Assembly: GCA_965203445.1 (NCBI GenBank)
Contig: OZ241883.1
Span: forward strand, 1,920,001 to 1,984,000
Direction: 5' to 3'
Length of the DNA stretch: 64,000 nucleotides
Source: Candidatus Oxydemutator sp.
Lineage (GTDB): Bacteria > Pseudomonadota > Gammaproteobacteria > Poriferisulfidales > Oxydemutatoraceae
Shown here: positions 1-9,160 of the stretch, piece by piece
Layout of the letters: each line of letters begins with the position of its first letter
Numbering within the stretch: position 1 is the stretch's first letter
Notes under the pieces: model-generated
The model's database searches: none
What the model was told of the DNA's origin: nothing
Seen by the model: only the letters and a program-made list of their open reading frames with translations
Position numbers and translations under genes: made by a program

Positions 1-93
1 TTGCCACGACTGGATGTAAAGGCTATGCTCAGGTTCGAGCAATAACTCCTTGAGTAAAAGAGGTTTTCCGAGGTAGGCAGCGAGGCGGCACAT
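1..93 (-). CDS. egtC: Ergothioneine biosynthesis protein EgtC / class II glutamine amidotransferase, 5' part only (runs off window start)
   Basis: Manual translation from ATG at 93: MCRLAAYLGKPLLLKELLLEPEHSLYIQSWQ; N-terminal Cys2 nucleophile and PEHSL.QSW motif; divergent from egtD. Confidence 0.8.
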   Translation of the reverse strand, partial: MCRLAAYLGKPLLLKELLLEPEHSLYIQSWQ

Positions 94-180
94 GCAACCA
101 TTATATAGCGGCCGCAAAACGACGTCGCCTGATGCGTGTTATCATAGCTTCGTCGAAGTGCCCGTCAGCGCTCCAAAAAG

Positions 181-1185
181 ATGAAGCAGCCAGCCGCCGA
201 GAAGGAACGGCCTTTTTCGTGTACCGACGTCGAGCCGCGTCTTGCGGTGCGCACGCTGGCGGAAGACGTCCTGGAAGGGCTGTTCAGCACGCCGCGCACG
301 CTGCCCCCGAAGTACTTCTATGACACCGAGGGTTCGCGCCTTTTCGACCGCATCTGCGACACCGAGGAATACTATCTGACGCGCACCGAGAGCGCCCTGC
401 TGCGGCAGTGCGCCGACGAGATCGTGCGCCGCGTCCGCCCCGACCACATTATCGAGTTCGGCAGCGGCCTGTCGCGCAAAAGCCGCTTTCTGCTGGACGC
501 CTGCGCGCGCCAGGGCCTGCGTTGCACCTACTGGCCGATGGACATCTGCCGCGACGTGGTCGAGGAGGCGGGGCGACGGCTGATGGACGAGTATCCGTGG
601 CTGCGCGTGCGCGCCCTGATCGGGGACTACGGCGCCGGTCTCGGCAACGTCGCTCTGGCCGGCGGCAGACGCCTGGGCGTGTTTCTGGGCAGCACGATAG
701 GCAATTTCGACGCCGCCGAGGCGGTTCGGTTCTTGACCGACGTGCGCTCGCTGCTGGGCGCCGGCGGCATGCTGCTGTTGGGCGCCGACCGCGTCAAGCG
801 CACGGCCGTGCTGAACGCGGCCTACGACGACGCCGCCGGCCTGACCGCGCGCTTCAACCGCAACGTGCTGAACGTGTTGAACGGGGAGCTGGGCGCCGAT
901 TTCGTGTCGGACAATTTCGAGCATCGCGCATTCTTCGACGAGCACCAGAGGCACGTCGAAATGCATCTGGTGGCGGGCACCTCCCAGCGGGTATATTTTG
1001 GATGCCTTGCGCGCTATCTTGAAATGGATGCCGGCGACTCGATCCGCACCGAGACCAGCCGCAAGTTCACCGACGACTGCCTGTCCACGCTGTTCCGGCA
1101 GAGCGGCTTTATCGTCGACAAGCACTACGTGTCGGACGACGATTACTTCTCGGTCGTGCTGGGGTGCGTCGGCGATGTTTCGTGA
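181..1185 (+). CDS. egtD: L-histidine N-alpha-methyltransferase
   Basis: LPPKYFYDxEGSRLFDRICxTEEYYLTRTE, EFGSG, FLGSTIGNF, AYDDAAGLTARFN, IRTETSRKF motifs. Confidence 0.93.
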   Translation: MKQPAAEKERPFSCTDVEPRLAVRTLAEDVLEGLFSTPRTLPPKYFYDTEGSRLFDRICDTEEYYLTRTESALLRQCADEIVRRVRPDHIIEFGSGLSRKSRFLLDACARQGLRCTYWPMDICRDVVEEAGRRLMDEYPWLRVRALIGDYGAGLGNVALAGGRRLGVFLGSTIGNFDAAEAVRFLTDVRSLLGAGGMLLLGADRVKRTAVLNAAYDDAAGLTARFNRNVLNVLNGELGADFVSDNFEHRAFFDEHQRHVEMHLVAGTSQRVYFGCLARYLEMDAGDSIRTETSRKFTDDCLSTLFRQSGFIVDKHYVSDDDYFSVVLGCVGDVS

Positions 1186-1206
1186 CGGAATCCGCAAGGC
1201 GTCCAC

Positions 1207-1905
1207 GTGAGCGCCGCCGAGATCCTGGTGGTGGACGATGAACCGGCGGTCTGCGAAATGCTTTATTTCGCGCTCGGCGGCGAAGGCTATCGCGTAAGCC
1301 GGGCGTTCGACGCCGGCCAGGCGCTCGACAAGATACGCCGCCACGTGCCGGACCTCGTGTTGATAGACTGGATGATGCCCGGCATGAGCGGCGTCGGTCT
1401 GGTGCGCAGCATCCGCGCCAATCCCGCGACGCGCGATCTGCCGATCATCATGGTGACCGCGAAAACCGACGAGGATCATAGAATCGCCGGCCTGTCCGCG
1501 GGTGCCGACGATTACGTGACAAAACCGTTCTTCAAGCGCGAGCTGAGCGCGCGCATCAAGGCCCTGCTGCGGCGCACGAAGCCCCACAAGGGCTTGGAAA
1601 AAGTTGAAAGCGGCGCGCTCTCGCTCGACCCAATCCAGCGTCGCCTGGAGATCGCCGGGCGGCCGGTCGCAATCGGCCCGACCGAGTTCGACCTGTTGCA
1701 TTTTCTGGTGCTCCAGCCGAAACGCGTGTTCACGCGCCGGCGCATACTCGACGCCGTCTGGGGCATAGACAAGTTCGTCGAGGAGCGCACCGTGGACGTC
1801 TCGATCGGCAGGCTGCGCAAGGCGCTGACCGCTTGCGGCTACGCCGGCGCCGTCGTCACCGTGCGCGGCGTCGGCTATTGTTTCCAGCCGCCGACGGCGC
1901 GGTGA
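1207..1905 (+). CDS. phoB: Phosphate regulon response regulator (OmpR family)
   Basis: Receiver domain (VVDDE, IDWMMP, GADDYVTKPF) plus winged helix (EERTVDVSIGRLRK, TVRGVGY); next to phoR and pst genes. Confidence 0.92.
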   Translation: MSAAEILVVDDEPAVCEMLYFALGGEGYRVSRAFDAGQALDKIRRHVPDLVLIDWMMPGMSGVGLVRSIRANPATRDLPIIMVTAKTDEDHRIAGLSAGADDYVTKPFFKRELSARIKALLRRTKPHKGLEKVESGALSLDPIQRRLEIAGRPVAIGPTEFDLLHFLVLQPKRVFTRRRILDAVWGIDKFVEERTVDVSIGRLRKALTACGYAGAVVTVRGVGYCFQPPTAR

Positions 1906-3224
1906 TGCGGGAATTACTGCGCCACGGTCTGCTTCCGCTATCGCTTTTTGTCGCCGCCGGACTGTCGCTCGGCGCGGTTTTCGGCCACGTCGCGGCGTTC
2001 GGATTTCTGGCGCTGCTGCTGTTTTCGCTGCTCCAGCTGCGCCAGCTGTACCGCCTGCGCCAGTGGCTCGCAAAGCGCGCTCCAGTGGCGCCTAGCGGCG
2101 TCGGCGGGCTGTGGTCGAGCGTCTATGCGGCTATCGCCGAATGGCTGCACGAGGGCGGCGGCGAGGAGCAGGGCGCGGTGCGCGACTTGGCGCTCCTCGA
2201 AGAGACGGGGGGCGGGCGCGGCTTGGTGTTGACGCGCGAGGACGGGGACATCGTCTGGTTCAATCGCGCGGCCGCGGCGCTGCTCGGCCTGAAGTCCGAT
2301 CAGGATCGCGGCGCCAACGTTTTCCATCTGATACGCAATCCCGATTTTTTGCGATGCTACTCCGAGGATCGTTTCGGGCACACCGTCGAGATGACGACGT
2401 CGGCGTCGTCTTTTTCCGGCGTTTGCGTGCTGCCGTACGCCCGCCGCCACCGGCTGATTTTGGTGGACGACCTGTCGCGCTTGCAGAAGCTCGAGACGAT
2501 GAACCGCGACTTGATAGCGAACGTCTCGCACGAATTGCGCTCGCCGCTTACGGTCGTGCTGGGTTATCTCGACGTGCTCGACGAGGCCTGCGAGCGCGGC
2601 GTGGACCGGCGCCTCGACGCGGCGCTGGTCAACATGCGCGGGCAGGGCGTGCGCATGCAGCGCATCGTAAGCGATCTGCTCGAACTGAGCGAACTCGACG
2701 TGATGGCGCGCGAACAAGGGGACGCCGACGTCGTCGACATAGGCGGTCTGGCGACGACGCTTGCGCGCGACGTCCGCGAACTCGATCCCGACGGGCACTG
2801 CCGCGTCGTTACGCGCGTCGCCCGTGGTTTCGGCGTTCGCGGCGACCGCGCCAGGCTGCACAGCGCGTTCTCGAACCTGGTCGGCAACGCCGTGCGCTAT
2901 TCCCCGGGCGGCGGCGCGATCACGTTGTCGTGGGAGCGCGACGCCGAAGGCGGCGCCCGTTTTTGCGTCGCCGACGAAGGCGTCGGCATCGAGGCCCACC
3001 ACCTGCCGCGCCTGACCGAGCGCTTCTACCGGGCCGACAAGGATCGTTCGCGCACGACCGGCGGCACCGGTCTCGGCCTGGCCATCGTCAAGCACGTGCT
3101 GAACCGCCACGACGCGAAGTTGGAGATCGCAAGCGCGCCCGGCAAAGGCAGCACGTTCTGCTGTCGTTTCCCGGCGGCGCGCGTGGCCGAGATCGGGGAC
3201 GCCGTCAGCCGAAACGCCCGGTGA
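1905..3224 (+). CDS. phoR: Phosphate regulon sensor histidine kinase
   Basis: N-terminal TM segments, PAS-like region, [13 protein letters not shown]-box, [24 protein letters not shown]; ATG overlaps phoB TGA. Confidence 0.92.
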   Translation: MRELLRHGLLPLSLFVAAGLSLGAVFGHVAAFGFLALLLFSLLQLRQLYRLRQWLAKRAPVAPSGVGGLWSSVYAAIAEWLHEGGGEEQGAVRDLALLEETGGGRGLVLTREDGDIVWFNRAAAALLGLKSDQDRGANVFHLIRNPDFLRCYSEDRFGHTVEMTTSASSFSGVCVLPYARRHRLILVDDLSRLQKLETMNRDLIANVSHELRSPLTVVLGYLDVLDEACERGVDRRLDAALVNMRGQGVRMQRIVSDLLELSELDVMAREQGDADVVDIGGLATTLARDVRELDPDGHCRVVTRVARGFGVRGDRARLHSAFSNLVGNAVRYSPGGGAITLSWERDAEGGARFCVADEGVGIEAHHLPRLTERFYRADKDRSRTTGGTGLGLAIVKHVLNRHDAKLEIASAPGKGSTFCCRFPAARVAEIGDAVSRNAR

Positions 3225-4008
3225 TGTACTGCTCGGTCAGCACGTGGCGCGGGTCGGTAAAGATGGTCTCGGTCTTCTCGACCTCGACGAGGTTGCCCAG
3301 GTGGAAGTAGGCGGTGCGCTGCGACACGCGCGACGCCTGTTGCAGCGAATGGGTGACGATAAGAATCGCGTAGTTTTGCCGTAGTTCGTCTATCAATTCC
3401 TCGATCTTGGCGGTGGCTATCGGATCGAGCGACGAGCACGGTTCGTCCATCAGGATGACTTCCGGGTTGACCGCGATCGCGCGTGCGATGCACAGCCGCT
3501 GTTGCTGACCGCCCGACAGGCCGGTACCCGGCTGGTTCAGGCGTTCTGCGACCTCGTGCAGCAAACCGGCCTTTTCGAGGCTGGTGTGGACGATTTCGTC
3601 GAGTTCGTAGCGGTCCCTGGCGAGGCCGTGGATGCGCGGCCCGTAGGCGACGTTGTCGTAGATGGACTTCGGGAACGGGTTGGGCTTCTGAAACACCATG
3701 CCGACGCGCGCGCGCAACTCTACGGTGTCCATCCTGCGGTCGTAGATGTTCTTGCCGTCGAGGGTCACGGTGCCGCTGACGCGACAGTCCTCTATCGTGT
3801 CGTTCATGCGGTTCAAGCAGCGCAGGAAGGTGGATTTGCCGCAGCCCGACGGCCCGATCATCGCGATGACCTCGTTGTTGGCGATGTCGAGGCTGACGTT
3901 CTTGATCGCATGCTTGTCGCCGTAGTAGACGTTCATGTCGCGCACCTGCATGTATGGATTGGCGACGGCGATGGTGCCGACGGTCTCGATTTTTTCCTGG
4001 CTGTCCAT
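3205..4008 (-). CDS. pstB: Phosphate ABC transporter ATP-binding protein
   Basis: [45 protein letters not shown]-terminus. Confidence 0.96.
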   Translation of the reverse strand: MDSQEKIETVGTIAVANPYMQVRDMNVYYGDKHAIKNVSLDIANNEVIAMIGPSGCGKSTFLRCLNRMNDTIEDCRVSGTVTLDGKNIYDRRMDTVELRARVGMVFQKPNPFPKSIYDNVAYGPRIHGLARDRYELDEIVHTSLEKAGLLHEVAERLNQPGTGLSGGQQQRLCIARAIAVNPEVILMDEPCSSLDPIATAKIEELIDELRQNYAILIVTHSLQQASRVSQRTAYFHLGNLVEVEKTETIFTDPRHVLTEQYITGRFG

Positions 4009-4041
4009 TCGTTTGTCCGTCCGGTTGCGTTTGGCGCCGGC

Positions 4042-5352
4042 CTACCAGCGGTTCTCGAACGTCTTTCTGAGTATCACCGCGCTCAGGTTCATGACGATCA
4101 AAAACGCCAGCAACACCAGCGTGGCGGCGGCCGCGAGTTCGGTAAAGGAACGTTCGGCCTGGTTCGCCCACAGGTAGATTTGCACCGGCAGGGCGGTCGC
4201 CGGATCGGTGAAATTGCCGGGCACGTCGACGATAAACGCGACCATGCCGATCATCAGCAGCGGTGCACTTTCGCCGAGCGCCTGGGCCATGCCGATGACG
4301 GCGCCGGTCAGGATGCCCGGCATCGCCAGCGGCAGCACGTGGTGGAGTATCGTCTGCGTCGGCGACGCGCCGACGGCCAGCGCGGCCTGGCGTATGGACG
4401 ACGGCACCGCCTTCAGCGCGGCGCGCGCGGCGATGATAATCGTGGGCAGGGTCATCAGCGCGAGCACGATGCCGCCGACCAGCGAGGCCGAGCGCGGCAG
4501 TCCGAAAAAGTTCAGGAACACCGCGAGTCCGAGCAGCCCAAAGATGATCGAGGGCACCGCCGCCAGGTTGTTGATGTTGACCTCGATGAGATCGGTCAGG
4601 CGGTTTTTCGGCGCGAACTCCTCGAGGTAGACGGCGGTCGCGATGCCGATGGGGAAGGACAGCAAAAACGCGACCAACAGCGCGAAGAACGAACCGGTCA
4701 ACGCGCCCAATATGCCCGCCTGCTCGGGTTCCCTGGAATCGCCGCGCGTGAAGAAATTGCGGTTGAGGCGCCGCTCGATCCTGCCGGCGGCCGCCAGTTC
4801 GTCGAGCCACGCGATCTGCTCGTCGGTGACGCGGCGGCTGTCCTGCGCGAGCGCGCGGTCTATCCTGCCTTTGGCGAACAGGTCGGCCTCGTCGTCGGCC
4901 AGCGCGTAGAACGTCACCGCGCCGCGCCCGATCAGCGACGGGTCGGCGGCGATTTGCGCGCGCAGATCGTAGGCGGCGCCGGAACTGACGAGTTTGCGCA
5001 GGGCCTTGCGCTCGCGCCGCGAGCGCGCCTCGGGAAACAGCGCCAGCAGCGAACGGTTGACGAGGGCGCGGTAGTCGGCGCGCTCGAGCGCCTCTTGCGA
5101 GGGCTGCCGCGAGGCGTCGTATCCGGGGAAGTCCTCCGCCGCAAGGACGACGTCGAGACGGAAGAACGTCTGCGAGAAGGCGCCGTGGCCGGCCATGATG
5201 AGCGACGAGAACAGCAACACCACGAACGACAGACCGAGCACGACCGCCGCCAGCCCCACCCTCCGAAAGCGTCTTTCCGCGCGGTAGCGGTGCGCCAGGC
5301 TGGCGCGCACCTTGGTCAAGGTCGGCGTCGCGGCCTTATTCGTATTGTTCAC
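4042..5352 (-). CDS. pstA: Phosphate ABC transporter permease PstA
   Basis: YLEEFAPKN, EVNINNLAAVPSIIFGLLG, ALGESAPLL motifs; start codon overlaps pstC end and is uncertain. Confidence 0.92.
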   Translation of the reverse strand: MNNTNKAATPTLTKVRASLAHRYRAERRFRRVGLAAVVLGLSFVVLLFSSLIMAGHGAFSQTFFRLDVVLAAEDFPGYDASRQPSQEALERADYRALVNRSLLALFPEARSRRERKALRKLVSSGAAYDLRAQIAADPSLIGRGAVTFYALADDEADLFAKGRIDRALAQDSRRVTDEQIAWLDELAAAGRIERRLNRNFFTRGDSREPEQAGILGALTGSFFALLVAFLLSFPIGIATAVYLEEFAPKNRLTDLIEVNINNLAAVPSIIFGLLGLAVFLNFFGLPRSASLVGGIVLALMTLPTIIIAARAALKAVPSSIRQAALAVGASPTQTILHHVLPLAMPGILTGAVIGMAQALGESAPLLMIGMVAFIVDVPGNFTDPATALPVQIYLWANQAERSFTELAAAATLVLLAFLIVMNLSAVILRKTFENRW

Positions 5353-6574
5353 GGTAACGGCGCACGATCTGTAGCGCGATGACGTTCAAGAGCAGGGTGA
5401 TGGCGAACAGCGTCAGGCCCAAGGCGAAGGCGGCCAGGGTCTTGGGGCTGTCGAATTCCTGGTCGCCGGTCAACAGCGAGACGATTTGCACGGTGACGGT
5501 GGTGACCGATTCGAGCGGGTTGGCGGTCAGGCGCGCCGACAGGCCGGCGGCCATGACGACGATCATGGTTTCGCCGATGGCGCGCGAGACCGCGAGCAGC
5601 AGCCCGCCGATGATGCCGGGCAGCGCCGCCGGCAACACCACCTTGCGCACCGTCTCCGAACGCGTCGCGCCGAGCGCGCGGGAACCGTCGCGCAGGCTCT
5701 TGGGGACCGCGACGATGACGTCGTCGGACAGCGAGCAGATGAATGGAATCAGCATGACGCCCATGACCGTGCCCGCGGCCAGCGCGCTTTCGGAGGAACC
5801 GGCGAGGCCGAACGACGTCGCCGCGTCGCGGATCGTCGGCGCCACCCACAACACCGCGAAGAATCCATAGACCACGGTCGGTATGCCGGCCAGAATCTCG
5901 AGCGTCGGCTTGGCGTAAGAGCGGATGCGTTCGTTGGCGTATTCGCCGAGGTAGATCGCGGACATCAGGCCGAGCGGCGCCGCCAGCAGCATCGCGACGA
6001 GCGAGATCAGCAGCGTGCCGGCGAGCAGCGGCACCGCGCCGAAGGCACCGGAGGAACCGACCTGATCCTCGCGGATGGCCATTTGCGGACTCCACTCGAG
6101 ACCGAACAGAAACTCGACGATGGGCACCAAGCCGAAGAACTGCATCGCCTCGAACAGCACCGACAGCACAATGCCTATGGTCGTGAACACCGCGATGGTC
6201 GAGCACGTCAGCAGGCCGTTTTTGATTAGGCGCTCGATGCTCCTGCGCGAGTTGTAGGTCGGGCGCAGGCGGCGCTGGCTGAAGGTGAGCGCAGCGCCCA
6301 GCGTCAACGCGAGCAGCGTGACCAGTCCCAGGTGGCCGCCCGTCTGAAAAGGATTGCGCACGGCGTCGGGCAGGCGCGGCTCGATAATCAGATACAGCAC
6401 CACCACCGACAACGCCGGAAGCGCGCACCACAAAGCCGCGTACCAGCCGTAATAGACCGGGCGCGATTTGCACGCGCCGTGCCCGGATGCAAAGCGGGTC
6501 GCGCGCCAGGACGCAATAGCATAGGCCGCGCCGCTGATTGCGAGGGTGGCGAGTGTGATCTGGGTAAGGTTCAT
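5336..6574 (-). CDS. pstC: Phosphate ABC transporter permease PstC
   Basis: EILAGIPTVVYGFF, SRAIGETMIVVMAAG, GDQEFDSPKTLAAFALG. Confidence 0.93.
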   Translation of the reverse strand: MNLTQITLATLAISGAAYAIASWRATRFASGHGACKSRPVYYGWYAALWCALPALSVVVLYLIIEPRLPDAVRNPFQTGGHLGLVTLLALTLGAALTFSQRRLRPTYNSRRSIERLIKNGLLTCSTIAVFTTIGIVLSVLFEAMQFFGLVPIVEFLFGLEWSPQMAIREDQVGSSGAFGAVPLLAGTLLISLVAMLLAAPLGLMSAIYLGEYANERIRSYAKPTLEILAGIPTVVYGFFAVLWVAPTIRDAATSFGLAGSSESALAAGTVMGVMLIPFICSLSDDVIVAVPKSLRDGSRALGATRSETVRKVVLPAALPGIIGGLLLAVSRAIGETMIVVMAAGLSARLTANPLESVTTVTVQIVSLLTGDQEFDSPKTLAAFALGLTLFAITLLLNVIALQIVRRYREQYE

Positions 6575-6609
6575 CGGGTGAAAAGCCTTATCAGATAAGG
6601 ATAAATAGC

Positions 6610-6631
6610 AAATATGTCTTATTTATGACAA
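6610..6631 (-). promoter_or_regulatory. Pho box-like PhoB binding site upstream of pstC
   Basis: Minus strand TTGTCATAAAT-AAGACATATTT: two 11-bp units resembling the CTGTCATA(A/T)A(T/A) consensus, 35 bp upstream of pstC start. Confidence 0.6.
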
Positions 6632-6638
6632 CAGCAAT

Positions 6639-6686
6639 TTGACACCTCATCCAAAACAGTTTAGACTGGTCGCCGACCAATCTGAA
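6639..6686 (+). promoter_or_regulatory. Sigma70 promoter of the TA operon with overlapping operator palindrome
   Basis: TTGACA(6639-6644)-17 nt-TAGACT(6662-6667); imperfect palindrome TTTAGACTGGTCG-c-CGACCAATCTGAA (6660-6686) covers the -10. Confidence 0.65.
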
Positions 6687-6698
6687 TGGAGGCAAAAA

Positions 6699-6971
6699 AT
6701 GTCTGAGATCGGTGCTTACGAGGCAAAGACCAATCTTTCACGATTGCTGGACAAGGTGCGCGACGGCGAACAGTTTGTCATTACCCGCCACGGCCAGCCC
6801 GTGGCCGAACTGATTCCCTTCTCGCGCATCGGCGCGGACGCGATGCGCCGCGTCGTTTCCGAGCTGCGCGAGACGCGCTCGGCATTGGCGGATTCCGGCC
6901 TGCGGCTTGGGCAGTTGTTGGGCGAGGGCGAGAGCCTGCGCGACTTGACCCGTCGCGGGCAGCGTTTTTGA
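6699..6971 (+). CDS. Type II antitoxin, Phd/YefM family
   Basis: MSEIGAYEAKTNLSRLLDKVRDGEQFVITRHGQPVAELIP; GGAGG RBS before ATG 6699. Confidence 0.9.
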   Translation: MSEIGAYEAKTNLSRLLDKVRDGEQFVITRHGQPVAELIPFSRIGADAMRRVVSELRETRSALADSGLRLGQLLGEGESLRDLTRRGQRF

Positions 6972-7399
6972 ACTACCCGTTCGTGCTTGATGCTTCGGTG
7001 GCGTTGTCGTGGCTGCTGCCGGACGAAAGTAACGCGGCCGCGGACTCGCTGCTTGATGAAGTCATCCTGCAACCGGCCTTGGCCCCGGCGCTGTGGTCGT
7101 TCGAGATGAACAACGCGGTGCTCGCGGCGCGTCGCGCCGGGCGCATTGACGAGACCATGCACGAACGGCTGCGTGGCCACGTGGCCGTCCTGCCGGTCGA
7201 GTTCGACGCGATTTTTTCGCACGCGACGATGGAAAAGGCCGCGTCTCTTGCGATGCGCCACGACTTGAGCGTGTACGACGCCGTTTATCTGGAACTGGCG
7301 GCGCGCCGCTCGCTGCCGCTGGCCACGCTGGATCGCGCCTTGGCGAACGCCGCGCGCGCCGAGCGGATCGCCGTGTTGCCCGCGGCCGTCCCTCGATAG
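6968..7399 (+). CDS. vapC: VapC-family PIN-domain toxin
   Basis: VLDASVALSW, LSVYDAVYLELA, LATLD PIN motifs; overlaps antitoxin stop. Confidence 0.88.
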   Translation: MNYPFVLDASVALSWLLPDESNAAADSLLDEVILQPALAPALWSFEMNNAVLAARRAGRIDETMHERLRGHVAVLPVEFDAIFSHATMEKAASLAMRHDLSVYDAVYLELAARRSLPLATLDRALANAARAERIAVLPAAVPR

Positions 7400-7402
7400 C
7401 GT

Positions 7403-8446
7403 TCAAACGAGCAACTTCCACGACAGCGGGGTTCCGCGCGCGACGTCGCAGGCGACGCTCCTGCCCAACACTTCGTCCAGGTGTTTCGGCGCCAAGCCGC
7501 GCCCGGGGCGGATGCTGCGCACGTTGTCCGCCGTAAGCGTCTCGCTGGCGCGCACGTCCTTAACCACATAGAGCGAACGGCGGAATTGCAGCGCGTCGCG
7601 CTCGCCGGTTTTCACCCCGTAGGCGACCTTGCCGGCGCACTCCCACGCGGTTTTTACGCCGCGGCACAGTTTTTTCAGGGCCGCCGGCTCCAACGAGAAA
7701 CTGTCGTCCGGGCCGCCGTCGTCGCGGCTCAGCGTGAAGTGTTTCTCGATGATATTGGCGCCGAGGGCGGCCGCGGCGATTGCGGTGGCGTCGTCCGTAG
7801 TGTGGTCGGACAGGCCGACGGGAACGTCGAAGCGCCGCGCCATGTCGGCGATGACGCCGAGGCTGTAGTCGCCGGGAGCCGCGGGGTAGGCGCTTACGCA
7901 GTGCAGCAGCGCGAGTTCGCGGCACCCGGCGGCGCGCGCGGCGGCCACCGCCTCCTCGATCTCGCCGAGATCGGAGGCGCCGGTCGACAGGATCAGCGGC
8001 TTGCCGGTGGCCGCGGCGCGACCGATCAGCGCCACGTCGCCCAGCTCGAACGACGCGATCTTGTAGGCCGGAACCGCAAGCCGCTCCAGATACTCCACGG
8101 CGCTTGCGTCGAACGGCGAACTGAACGCGGTCAGCCCCAGTTCGCGCGCGCGCGCAAACAGCGGTTCGTGCCATTCCCACGGCATCTGCGCCCACGTGTA
8201 TAGTTCGTAGAGCGATTTGCCGCTCCACAATCCGCCGGCCTGAAACTCCGGCGCGTCGCAATCTATGGTCATCGTGTCGGCGCGGTAGGTCTGCAACTTG
8301 ACCGCCTCGGCCCCGGCCTCGGCGGCCACCTCGACCAGCCGCAACGCCCGCTCAAGGCTGCCGTTGTGGTTCGCCGACAACTCGGCGACGACGTACGGAG
8401 GATACCCGCGGCCAAGCCGACGCTGATTGATGGCGATGGAATGCAC
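7403..8446 (-). CDS. pseI: Pseudaminic acid synthase (NeuB family)
   Basis: AELSANHNGSL, KLQTYRADTMTID, YKIASFE, GLSDHT, EKHFTL, GGPDDSFSLEP, C-terminal SAF domain (RSIRPG). Confidence 0.85.
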   Translation of the reverse strand: MHSIAINQRRLGRGYPPYVVAELSANHNGSLERALRLVEVAAEAGAEAVKLQTYRADTMTIDCDAPEFQAGGLWSGKSLYELYTWAQMPWEWHEPLFARARELGLTAFSSPFDASAVEYLERLAVPAYKIASFELGDVALIGRAAATGKPLILSTGASDLGEIEEAVAAARAAGCRELALLHCVSAYPAAPGDYSLGVIADMARRFDVPVGLSDHTTDDATAIAAAALGANIIEKHFTLSRDDGGPDDSFSLEPAALKKLCRGVKTAWECAGKVAYGVKTGERDALQFRRSLYVVKDVRASETLTADNVRSIRPGRGLAPKHLDEVLGRSVACDVARGTPLSWKLLV

Positions 8447-8609
8447 GTTGCTCTCGGGGCGGCCTTAAAAGCGGCTTGGGGCGCCCGGGGCGGCCTGAGT
8501 CGGCCTGCCTCGGGGCAGCCTCAAAGAATTATACTCCGGCCCATCAACATGGCACCAGAAAGGACTCGCCACCGCCGGCCCGTTGCTGATGGAAGGCAAG
8601 GGTGCGCGT

Positions 8610-8637
8610 TTGTCCAGAATGTTTCTGGCCCTATACA
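8610..8637. mobile_element. Isolated IS481-family terminal inverted repeat
   Basis: Reverse complement TGTATAGGGCCAGAAACATTCTGGACAA matches the element end at 35666-35693 at 26/28 positions. Confidence 0.7.
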
Positions 8638-9000
8638 CGCTGTTTTCAACGGTGGTGCACGGACAACACTTTGCGCGATCTGTTGGTGGACCTGGCCAAC
8701 GACTTGCGCAAGGAAGGGGCCGTGGACGAGAGTGAGTGTTTTATTGACGGGATGTTCCCCCCGGCCAAAGGGGTCGGCGCGGAGATAGACGGGACCGAGC
8801 GCGGGAAAGGCGTCAGAATCATGGCCATAGTGGATCGGCATGGTCTGCCGTTGTCGGTCAGTACGCACGCGGCGAACCACCACGAAGTGACCTTGGTGCG
8901 GTTGAGTTTTGACTTTTACATGATAGAAGCGAAGCCGAAGAACCTGATAGGGGATTGCGCTTATGATGGCGACGGCTTGGATGAAGATCTGCGCGCTTGA
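8638..9000 (+). pseudogene. IS5-family transposase internal fragment
   Basis: Nearly identical peptide (FQRWC.DNTLRDLLVDLANDLRKEG...GLPLSVSTHAANHHEVTLV) to the intact IS5 transposase at 62813-63586; both ends missing. Confidence 0.88.
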
Positions 9001-9002
9001 AA

Positions 9003-9044
9003 CCCTTCCCTCTGGGAGAGGGTGGCCGCAGGCCGGGTGATGGG
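9003..9044. repeat. REP-like palindromic element
   Basis: CCCTTCCCTCTGGGAGAGGG...GGGTGATGGG resembles the widespread CCCTCTCCC-nnn-GGGAGAGGG intergenic repeat. Confidence 0.45.
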
Positions 9045-9160
9045 CTGCATTTCGCTTTTCGGGGTTTGCCTTCGCTCCAGCGCGGTTCAACGCCGGATGA
9101 CGTGTACGATGGGATTATCCCACGAATGACGGCACGGGACGGCGGTTGCCGTCTTTGTAG

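Noticed and set aside
8602-9000. 132-aa ORF as a functional transposase
   Set aside because: Chimera of an IS481 IR and an internal IS5 fragment lacking both termini
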